From NCBI GenBank assembly GCA_964567695.1, contig CAZMNQ010000003.1, forward strand, positions 1 through 37,776: DNA of 37,776 bases. The letters run 5' to 3'. The notes under the pieces are model-generated. The model was not told the DNA's origin. It did no database searches and worked only from the letters and a program-made list of their open reading frames with translations. Every line of letters starts with the position of its first letter. The stretch's first letter is position 1. This document shows, in pieces, positions 1-7,509 of the stretch. This stretch comes from an uncultured Bdellovibrionales bacterium. GTDB lineage: Bacteria; Patescibacteriota; Minisyncoccia; Moranbacterales; UBA2206. The translations under genes were made by a program, and so were the position numbers.

Positions 1-231
1 GGTGCACCAAACATCAAGGTTGGCGATAATGTGCCGGTGGCAATGGTGGGTGCAAAATTACCCAATGGTCTTGAAATCAAAGAAGCCGAAATTCGCGGGG
101 TAAAATCTTTTGGAATGCTTTGTGCTGAAGATGAGCTTGGGTTGGGTTCAGATCATGGCGGAATTATGATTTTAGATGAAAATGCCACGGTTGGAATGGA
201 GTTTACAAAATATATTGATTTACATAAATAA
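1..231 (+). CDS. 3' end of an ORF entering from upstream. It encodes a PheT-B2 / YtpR / Trbp111-type OB-fold tRNA-binding domain and stops right after that domain.
   Basis: Frame 1 is open from base 1. The translation GAPNIKVGDNVPVAMVGAKLPNGLEIKEAEIRGVKSFGMLCAEDELGLGSDHGGIMILD fits the classic PheRS beta-subunit N-terminal tRNA-binding signature (GAPN..G..V.VA..GA.LP.G..I....IRG..S.GMLC...ELGL). TAA stop at 229-231. Confidence 0.6.
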   Translation, partial: GAPNIKVGDNVPVAMVGAKLPNGLEIKEAEIRGVKSFGMLCAEDELGLGSDHGGIMILDENATVGMEFTKYIDLHK

Positions 232-234
232 TTA

Positions 235-297
235 ACCCTGTAGAGTAAATTCGCCGTGACGAATTATTTTTCCTAGGGGAAAATTACTCCACAGGGT
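235..297 (+). repeat. 63-nt inverted-repeat-bounded structured element, 4 nt after the stop codon of the upstream ORF
   Basis: Outer arms ACCCTGTAGAGTAA (235-248) and TTACTCCACAGGGT (284-297) pair at 13 of 14 positions. They enclose two small hairpins: AATTCG/CGAATT at 248-265 and TTTTTCC/GGGAAAA at 267-283. Confidence 0.6.
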
Positions 298-307
298 AAA
301 TAAAACT

Positions 308-1447
308 ATGAGAAAAATTGTTATTGAAGATCCGGACGAAAAAACACTAATAGAAGAGTTGAACAAAAGAAGTGATATAAAAGCCGAGCGCATAAAAAGG
401 CTTTTGGCTTTGTCAGACCTTACAAAAAAAGAGCATTCACCGGTGAAAATTTTATTTGATCAGATAATTAACCTGCCAAGGTTTGATGGTTTCGATATTG
501 TTGAATTTCCAAAGGTTATAACCGTAGAACAATGTTTCGATCTTCTGAACACGCCCAAAAATCATCCAAGTCGAGGAGAAACTGACACCTATTATCTGGA
601 TGACATTCATATTTTGAGAACGCAGATGACGGCTTTTTGGTCTTTTTATTTAAAAGACAAAGAGGTTTTAAAAAGATTGGAAGAAGAGGGCGAAATCAAA
701 GCTTTGGCTCCGGGAATCGTTTATAGAAAAGATGAAATAGACAGACATCACTTTCCCGCCTTTCATCAAATTGACGGGTTATTGATTTGCAAAAAAGATA
801 AAAAAATTATTACCCAAAAGGATCTGAAAGATGTTCAGATTGATTTAGCCAAGGGAATTTTCGGACCGGATATTGAGTATAAATTTTTGGAAGACACTTT
901 CCCGTATACAGTAGAAAGTTTGGAGATGGATATTAAATTCAATGGAAATTGGCTGGAAGTCAATGGCGCTGGGCTGGTTAATCCTGTTGTTTTAGAAAAA
1001 TTTGGCCTAGATCCCGAGGTTTATAATGGCTGGGCTTTTGGTTTTGGAGAAAGATTGGTCATGATAAAGATGGAAATACCGGATATTAGAATTCTTTGGT
1101 CGAATGACGAGCGAATTACAAGTCAATTTAAGGATATTAACAGCAAGTTTAAAGAAGTCAGTAAATTCCCCGCAACCATCAGAGATATCTCGTTTATCAT
1201 TAATAAGGATGTAAGCCTGAATAATTATTATGAAATTGTTCGGGATTACGCGGATAATCTGATTGAGGAAGTAAAACTTTTGGATGAATATGAAAATGAG
1301 GAAAAGTTTGGCAAGGATAAAAAAAGCTACACCTTTCGCATCGTTTATCGTTCATCTGAAAGAACATTAACTAACGAGGAAATTAATAAAATACAAACTG
1401 AAATCCGCACAAAAACCGAGAAGGAGTTAGGCGCATTACTCCGATAA
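308..1447 (+). CDS. pheS: Phenylalanyl-tRNA synthetase, mitochondrial-type single-chain architecture (class II catalytic core plus C-terminal FDX-ACB anticodon-binding domain)
   Basis: Class II motifs are present: NHPSRGETDTYYL, motif 2 region FPAFHQIDGL, motif 3 GWAFGFGERLVMIKMEIPDIRILW. About 95 extra C-terminal residues follow (KFPATIRDISFIINKD...KKSYTFRIVYRSSERTLTNEEIN...LGALLR), typical of the FDX-ACB fold. Confidence 0.85.
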   Translation: MRKIVIEDPDEKTLIEELNKRSDIKAERIKRLLALSDLTKKEHSPVKILFDQIINLPRFDGFDIVEFPKVITVEQCFDLLNTPKNHPSRGETDTYYLDDIHILRTQMTAFWSFYLKDKEVLKRLEEEGEIKALAPGIVYRKDEIDRHHFPAFHQIDGLLICKKDKKIITQKDLKDVQIDLAKGIFGPDIEYKFLEDTFPYTVESLEMDIKFNGNWLEVNGAGLVNPVVLEKFGLDPEVYNGWAFGFGERLVMIKMEIPDIRILWSNDERITSQFKDINSKFKEVSKFPATIRDISFIINKDVSLNNYYEIVRDYADNLIEEVKLLDEYENEEKFGKDKKSYTFRIVYRSSERTLTNEEINKIQTEIRTKTEKELGALLR

Positions 1448-1499
1448 ATTAAAAGTGGAAATTAGAAAATAAAATTGATAAGAATGTATTATATTTGAT

Positions 1500-4124
1500 A
1501 TGCGAGAAATTTCCAAACAATTTGATTTCAAAGAGAGGGAAGGGAAAATTTACGCGCTTTGGGAGAAGAGTGGGTTTTTTAATCCGGATAATATAAAATC
1601 TTCTAACCTGCCTGCCGGTAGGCAAGGAAAATATTGCAATGTTTTGCCGCCACCGAATGCCAATGGCGAATTGCATATCGGCCACGCCAGCGGTTATGCG
1701 GTGATGGATATTTTCGGCCGTTTCGAACGGATGGGTGGCAAAAAAGTTTTGCTTTTGCCAGGCAAAGATCATGCCGGCATCCAGACGCAAGTTGTTTTTG
1801 AGCGAAAAATAAAAGAAGAGCAAGGGATAATTCGCCAAGAAATGGGCCGGGGAAAATTTTACGCGGCTTGTTATGATTTTTGCATGGATCGCTCGAACTA
1901 TATGCGCTCGCAGGAAAAGAAAATCGGTATCAGCGCGGATTGGTCGCGGGAAAAATTTACACTGGATCCGGACGGATTGAAAATCGCGCTGGAGACTTTT
2001 GTAAAAATGTATAAAGATGGTTTGGTATATAAGGGTAATCGGATTATCAATTGGTGTTCGCGTTGCGCGACAGCTTTGAGTGATGTTGAGGTGGAGCACA
2101 AAGAAAGAGAGGGAAAATTATATTATATCAAATATCCAATCAAAGATTCCAAGGAATTCATTGTGGTGGCGACAACTCGTCCGGAAACAATGTTGGGAGA
2201 CTCTGCTGTGGCAGTTAATCCAAAAGACAAGAGATTCTTGGGTTTTATCGGCCAGAACTTGATTTTGCCATTGCAAAACAGGGAAATTCCCGTGATTGCC
2301 GATCGGCGAATTGATATGAAATTTGGAACCGGTGCGGTGAAGATTACGCCGGCGCATGATCCATTGGACTGGCAAATTGGCAAGGATCATAAATTGGAAG
2401 AAATTTTTGTCATTGATGAAAAAGCTAAAATTACGGAAGCCGGCGGTGAATATGTCGGTCTGGATGTTTTGGAGGCCAGAGAAAAAATTGTAGCCGATTT
2501 GCAAGGGCTGGGATTTTTGGAAAAAGAAGAATCTTTGACTAATGCTGTTTCTGTTTGTGAAAGATGTAAGACTATAATTGAGCCGTTGATTTCAAACCAA
2601 TGGTTTGTGTCGGTGGACTCGGAAAAATATTCCTTTAAGAAAAAAACTTTAGAGATGATCAAGTCCGGCAAGGTTGAGATTTATCCGGAAAATTTCAAAA
2701 AAATTCTCATCCATTGGTTAAATAATTTGCAGGATTGGTGTATTTCACGACAAATATGGTGGGGACCGCAGTTTCCAGTGTGGTATCGTGGCGAAGAGAT
2801 TTATGTCGGACTGGAAAAACCCAAAGGCAAGGATTCCGACTCCGCCAAGGCTACGACGGGCAAGTGGATTCAGGACGAAAATACTTTGGACACTTGGTTT
2901 TCTTCAAGTCAGTGGCCATATACAGCACTGGGTTATCCCAACGGAAAAGACTGTAAAAACTTTTATCCAACCGACGCTATGATTACGGGTCGTGATTTGT
3001 TGTTCTTTTGGGCAGCAAGAATGTTGATGATGGGTGGTTATCGTACCGGGAAAGTTCCTTTCAAAAATCTATATTTTACTGGCTTAATTTTGGACAAGGA
3101 TGGGCATAAATTTTCCAAGTCGCGAGGCAATGGCATTGACCCGCTAGAAATCATTGAAAAATATGGCGCGGATGCACTGCGTTTGAGCTTAGTGATGGAT
3201 ATTGCGCCGGGACAAGACGCGCGGCTCTATGAGGAAAAAATTGAAAGCTTCCGCAATTTTGTGACCAAGCTGTGGAATATTTTCCGCTATTGCAAGCAAT
3301 CGGATGAAAATTTTGCTTTGGTGGAAAAAATAAGCAAAAAAGATTTGAAAACTTTGTCAGACAGATGGATTGTTTCTGAATTGGAAGAGGTGACAAAAAA
3401 AGTTACACAATGCATGAAAGACAAGCAGATTTCTTTGGCGCAGGACGCATTGCGCAAATTTACTTGGGATAGTTTCGCTGATTGGTTCGTTGAAATAAAT
3501 AAACTGGAAAAGAATACTAAGGTTTTGGGCTATGTTCTGGACAAAATTTTGAAACTTTGGCATCCGTTCACGCCTTTTGTGACAGAGGAAATTTATCAAA
3601 TTTTGAATAAGAGTGAAGATATTTTGATGATGGCTAAATGGCCGAAAAGTGAAAAGAAATTTATTGATGCCAAGGCGCAGGCTAATTTTGCCGATCTGCA
3701 AGAATTGATTGCAAAAATTCGAAATATTCGGGCGAGTTATCACATTAATCCAGCGGAGTTGATAGAGGCGTATGGCAAGCTTAAGACCGAAAAAGAAATC
3801 GTGGAAAAACTCGGTCGAGTTAAAATTGAAACTAAGATTGCCAAAGAGAAAATGACCCAAATTTCTACTCGCAAGAGATCATTGCAACTGAATATCTCCA
3901 AATCGATAGATGTGGAAAAAGAAATTATTGCTTCAGCCAAAGAAATTCAAAATTTGACACAACTTGTGGCCAAAAACGAAGGTATGTTGAAAAACAAACA
4001 GTTTGTGGCTGGAGCGCCCAAGGAAATTATTGAGGCAACAAAGACAAGATTAGAAGAATATAAGGAAAAATTGGAGGTGCAAGCAGCGCTTAAGAATAGC
4101 CTAGAACAGCTTAAAAGAACTTAA
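1500..4124 (+). CDS. valS: Valyl-tRNA synthetase
   Basis: 874 aa. HIGH motif PPPNANGELHIGHA, KMSKS-type KFSKSRGN, DTWFSSSQWP and a C-terminal coiled coil. Carries a 21-nt palindromic insert near the N-terminus (1607-1627). Confidence 0.95.
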   Translation: MREISKQFDFKEREGKIYALWEKSGFFNPDNIKSSNLPAGRQGKYCNVLPPPNANGELHIGHASGYAVMDIFGRFERMGGKKVLLLPGKDHAGIQTQVVFERKIKEEQGIIRQEMGRGKFYAACYDFCMDRSNYMRSQEKKIGISADWSREKFTLDPDGLKIALETFVKMYKDGLVYKGNRIINWCSRCATALSDVEVEHKEREGKLYYIKYPIKDSKEFIVVATTRPETMLGDSAVAVNPKDKRFLGFIGQNLILPLQNREIPVIADRRIDMKFGTGAVKITPAHDPLDWQIGKDHKLEEIFVIDEKAKITEAGGEYVGLDVLEAREKIVADLQGLGFLEKEESLTNAVSVCERCKTIIEPLISNQWFVSVDSEKYSFKKKTLEMIKSGKVEIYPENFKKILIHWLNNLQDWCISRQIWWGPQFPVWYRGEEIYVGLEKPKGKDSDSAKATTGKWIQDENTLDTWFSSSQWPYTALGYPNGKDCKNFYPTDAMITGRDLLFFWAARMLMMGGYRTGKVPFKNLYFTGLILDKDGHKFSKSRGNGIDPLEIIEKYGADALRLSLVMDIAPGQDARLYEEKIESFRNFVTKLWNIFRYCKQSDENFALVEKISKKDLKTLSDRWIVSELEEVTKKVTQCMKDKQISLAQDALRKFTWDSFADWFVEINKLEKNTKVLGYVLDKILKLWHPFTPFVTEEIYQILNKSEDILMMAKWPKSEKKFIDAKAQANFADLQELIAKIRNIRASYHINPAELIEAYGKLKTEKEIVEKLGRVKIETKIAKEKMTQISTRKRSLQLNISKSIDVEKEIIASAKEIQNLTQLVAKNEGMLKNKQFVAGAPKEIIEATKTRLEEYKEKLEVQAALKNSLEQLKRT
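1607..1627. repeat. Family P1 palindromic core, degenerate copy, in frame inside valS
   Basis: CCTGCCTGCCGGTAGGCAAGG differs at 2 positions from the P1 consensus CCTGCCTGCCGGCAGGCAGG. It encodes LPAGRQG in the variable segment just before the HIGH motif. Confidence 0.7.
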
Positions 4125-4153
4125 CTGTATTGTTGGGCATTGGAAAATACCTG

Positions 4154-4162
4154 TGATATAAT
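4154..4162 (+). promoter_or_regulatory. Extended -10 promoter element upstream of eno
   Basis: TGATATAAT (TGnTATAAT) 34 nt upstream of the ATG. TTGGGC lies 18 nt upstream as a weak -35. Confidence 0.5.
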
Positions 4163-4195
4163 GTAGTTAGTAATAAAAAATAAATAAAAACTTTT

Positions 4196-5476
4196 ATGTC
4201 TAAGATAAAAAAGATTTTTGCCAGGGAGATTTTGGATTCACGGGGTAATCCGACAGTGGAAGTGGAAGTTGAATTGGAGTCGGGAATTAAAGCTGTGGCA
4301 GCGGTGCCGTCAGGCGCTTCGACTGGAATTTTTGAGGCTTTGGAATTGCGAGATGGCGATAAGAAAAGATTTAGTGGGTTGGGAGTTTTGCAAGCCGTGG
4401 AGAATGTGAATGAAAAAATCCAAAAAGTTGTGGTTGGTATGGAAGTGGAAGGTCAAATTGAAATTGATCAAAAAATGCTGGAATTGGATGGAACGGAAAA
4501 TAAAACTAATTTGGGAGCCAACGCAATTTTAGGTGTCTCACTGGCTGTTTGCCGCGCCGCGTCTGTTGAGGCTGGCATACCGTTGTATAAATATATTTCT
4601 AAGGCCTACAAACTACCTGCCTGCCGGACAGGCAGGAAAACCACGGGCTTTAAAATGCCCATTCCCATGTTTAATATCATCAATGGCGGCAAGCACAGTG
4701 ATTCAGGACTTTCAATTCAGGAATATAAGTTGGTACCCAATGGCATTAAATCGTTCAAGGAGCAATTCCGTGCTGGCAGTGAAATTTTTCATAAATTAAA
4801 AGATATCTTGGCTTCTGAGGGACAAAGCGTGGCTGTGGGTGATGAAGGTGGTTTTGCGCCTCGCCTGGAAAGCAACTCCAAACCCTTGGAACTGATTAAT
4901 CGTGCTATAGAAGAAGCCGGTTATAAAAAAGGAAAGGAAGTCAGTACGGCGATAGATGCGGCGGCTTCATCTTTTTTTGACGAAAAAGAAGGACAATATA
5001 TTTTCAAACCGGAAAGCAACGGCATCACTCGTGAAATGTTGGTGAATATTTATAGCGAATGGATAAATAAATATAATGTAATGTCAGTTGAGGACGGTTT
5101 GAATGAGCAAGATTGGGAAGGCTGGCGCGCGATGGAAGAAAAAATTGGAAAGACGGTGATGACAATTGGCGATGATCTCTTGGTGACCAATGTAAAAAGA
5201 TTGGAAATAGCGATCAAAGAAAAAGCGTGCAATTCTGTTTTGATCAAGGTTAATCAGATCGGCACCCTAACAGAAACGATGGCGTGCATAAAATTGGCCA
5301 AGAAAAATAAGATGCGAATCGTCATTTCGCATCGTTCAGGCGAAACCACTGATGACTTCATAGCCGACCTAGCCGTGGGCGTGCAAGCCGACTACATAAA
5401 ATCCGGCTCCCTTTCCCGAGGCGAGCGAATTTGTAAATATAATCGCTTGTTGAGGATTGAGGAAGAAATAAAATAG
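4196..5476 (+). CDS. eno: Enolase (phosphopyruvate hydratase)
   Basis: MSKIKKIFAREILDSRGNPTVEVEV..., SGASTG, NIINGGKH, IKVNQIGTLTET and SHRSGETTD are textbook enolase motifs. Carries a 21-nt palindromic insert (4616-4636). Confidence 0.95.
   Translation: MSKIKKIFAREILDSRGNPTVEVEVELESGIKAVAAVPSGASTGIFEALELRDGDKKRFSGLGVLQAVENVNEKIQKVVVGMEVEGQIEIDQKMLELDGTENKTNLGANAILGVSLAVCRAASVEAGIPLYKYISKAYKLPACRTGRKTTGFKMPIPMFNIINGGKHSDSGLSIQEYKLVPNGIKSFKEQFRAGSEIFHKLKDILASEGQSVAVGDEGGFAPRLESNSKPLELINRAIEEAGYKKGKEVSTAIDAAASSFFDEKEGQYIFKPESNGITREMLVNIYSEWINKYNVMSVEDGLNEQDWEGWRAMEEKIGKTVMTIGDDLLVTNVKRLEIAIKEKACNSVLIKVNQIGTLTETMACIKLAKKNKMRIVISHRSGETTDDFIADLAVGVQADYIKSGSLSRGERICKYNRLLRIEEEIK
4616..4636. repeat. 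Family P1 palindromic core in frame inside eno
   Basis: CCTGCCTG-CCGGA-CAGGCAGG. It encodes PACRTGR, within the LPACRTGRK segment, in the loop preceding PIPMFNIINGGKH. Confidence 0.75.
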
Positions 5477-5561
5477 TTCAACTTATTAATGTGAGAGTGC
5501 CATTGATTACCTTCCAGTTATAAATACAAAAAACCCTTTTTAATAATTTAAAAAAACAAAA

Positions 5562-7505
5562 ATGCAAGAAGAACAAAACAATTTGGGGGGAGTGGAAGAA
5601 AAATTGGATGGCATAATGAATGCCTTGAAAGTTCTGAATGAAAAAATTGAAAAACAGGGGGAGCGGATTGAGAGATTGGAAATAATTTCCAGCCAAAATG
5701 GAGTATCTCAGGCTTCTGTAACTAGCGCTGTTTCGGCGCCTCCGACACCGCCAGTGCCCGAAAATAAACTCACACAAGAATGGGCGACAAATGTTTCTGC
5801 TAAAATAGATGCGCCTGAGGAAAAAATCAATTTTGAGGAAAACATCGGTGGGACATGGTTTGCCAGAATCGGAATTACCTCCTTGGTGTTGGGTGTTTCT
5901 TTCTTGCTGAAATATGCTTTTGATAATAATTGGATTGGAGAAACTGGCCGAGTGATGATCGGGATTATTATTGGCTTGATTCTGTTAGGCTTGGGAGAAA
6001 AATATATCCGTAAATATTTTGTTTATGGACAGCTCATTACTGGCGGCGGAATCGCGGTTTTGTATCTTTCAATTTTTGCGGCTTTTAATTTCTATCATTT
6101 GATTGGTCAATTGCCGGCTTTTTTTATGATGATATTGATTACGGCCATCGGAATTGTTTTAAGCTTGCGTTATAATACATTATCATTGATAATTGTTTCC
6201 ATTATTGGCGGTTTTGTGACGCCCTTTCTTGTTTCAAATGGACAGAATAATCAAATTGGATTATTGTCATACGTTTTGCTTTTGGATGTGGCTATCCTAG
6301 TCATTTCTGTTTTCAGAAAATGGCGCGAATTGAATTTCATCGGTTTTATTGGAACTGTAATTCTTTTTGGTTCTTGGGCGGCAGAATTTTATACCACGAA
6401 AGATTTGGGAATGACAATGTTTTTCCTAACAACCTTTTTCATTGTTTATTCGATTTCTTCGTTGATTTATAATTTAGTAAAAAAGGAGAAGTCCTCCCAA
6501 ACAGAACAAATGCTGACATTGTTTTCGGCGACGGCCTATTTTGGCGCGAGCTATGCGCTTTTGAATGACGATTATCATCTATTTATGGGCTTTTTCTCTT
6601 TAATTTTGGCAATTTATTATTTCCTTTGGGCATATTTGGTCAAAGCAGTGACGCCGGAGGATGAAAATCTATATAATTTTCTCGCCTTTCTGACCGTTGG
6701 TTTTATAACTTTGGCCATTCCTTTGCAATTTGAGAAAAATATAATCTCAATCGGTTGGTTGATTGAATCAATAATCTTAATTTATTTGGGAGTTAAAACC
6801 CGAGGAAGTGAAATTAAGATTCTCGGAGTAGCAGTTTTGGTGTTGGCATTGCTTAGATTAATGACAATTGATTCCGTATATGCGCAAGACAGCGGTATGA
6901 TACTCAATCAAGTATTTTTGACTTTTATTTTTGCGGTGTTAATTTCTTATGTGGCGGCTTATCTCTTTAAGTTAATTTCAATCAGTGATGGGGACAAAAA
7001 TTATGCCCAGTCTAGGCAAATGACTGTAATCTTGCTGGTCGTGGCTAATTTCTTAACGATATATGCCATTAGCCGTGAAATAAGTTTTTATTATCAAAAA
7101 CAAACCACGGAAATCAGAGTGAAACAAGATAAAGCCAGGGCGGATGCCAGAGCTTTAAATAGTGCTGGAAGCTATAATAAAAATTATTATAATAGCATCT
7201 ATGATGATGCTGGCACATATGAAGAAATTCAAAGAATTGGAAATAAAAACAGCGTGTCGCTATCTATTTTCTGGCTGATGTACAGTATAATTTTATTGGC
7301 AGTTGGAATCATTGGAAAATATAAGGGGGTGCGCGTTGGCGGCTTGATCCTCCTATCAGCAGCTATTTTGAAACTATTTTTCTATGACTTATGGAGCTTG
7401 GGCACGCTTTATCGAATTATCTCATCAATCAGCTTGGGTGTCGTGCTTTTGTCAATTTCTTTCGCCTATCAAAAATATAAGGATAAAATTAAGGAAATAA
7501 TTTAA
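5562..7505 (+). CDS. Polytopic membrane protein, DUF2339-like
   Basis: N-terminal coiled-coil (EEKLDGIMNALKVLNEKIEKQGERIERLE), then many hydrophobic helices with the repeated pattern typical of DUF2339 (WFARIGITSLVLGVSFLLKYAFDNNWIG..GR...G). Recognised from memory, not searched. Confidence 0.65.
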   Translation: MQEEQNNLGGVEEKLDGIMNALKVLNEKIEKQGERIERLEIISSQNGVSQASVTSAVSAPPTPPVPENKLTQEWATNVSAKIDAPEEKINFEENIGGTWFARIGITSLVLGVSFLLKYAFDNNWIGETGRVMIGIIIGLILLGLGEKYIRKYFVYGQLITGGGIAVLYLSIFAAFNFYHLIGQLPAFFMMILITAIGIVLSLRYNTLSLIIVSIIGGFVTPFLVSNGQNNQIGLLSYVLLLDVAILVISVFRKWRELNFIGFIGTVILFGSWAAEFYTTKDLGMTMFFLTTFFIVYSISSLIYNLVKKEKSSQTEQMLTLFSATAYFGASYALLNDDYHLFMGFFSLILAIYYFLWAYLVKAVTPEDENLYNFLAFLTVGFITLAIPLQFEKNIISIGWLIESIILIYLGVKTRGSEIKILGVAVLVLALLRLMTIDSVYAQDSGMILNQVFLTFIFAVLISYVAAYLFKLISISDGDKNYAQSRQMTVILLVVANFLTIYAISREISFYYQKQTTEIRVKQDKARADARALNSAGSYNKNYYNSIYDDAGTYEEIQRIGNKNSVSLSIFWLMYSIILLAVGIIGKYKGVRVGGLILLSAAILKLFFYDLWSLGTLYRIISSISLGVVLLSISFAYQKYKDKIKEII

Positions 7506-7509
7506 AAAC

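Noticed and set aside
232-307. T-box or other riboswitch leader upstream of the PheRS gene, and likewise upstream of valS at 1448-1499
   Set aside because: The spacers are only 76 and 52 nt, far shorter than a T-box leader. There is no specifier, T-box or terminator-antiterminator arrangement.
1449-2099. 216-aa minus-strand ORF, plus the other ORF-track entries inside 1500-4124 (minus-strand 1898-2101, 2118-2504, 2387-2671, 3151-3396, 3357-3860 and 3740-3940; plus-strand off-frame 2080-2262, 2735-2956 and 2788-2982)
   Set aside because: They lie entirely inside valS, antisense or out of frame. Their low-complexity translations have no recognisable motifs. These are shadow ORFs of a confidently identified gene.
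2800-2880. Possible repeat insertion in valS (GLEKPKGKDSDSAKATTGKW, with recurring GGCAAGG/GCCAAGG strings)
   Set aside because: There is no palindrome or match to the other families, and this region of ValRS is naturally variable. The evidence is insufficient.
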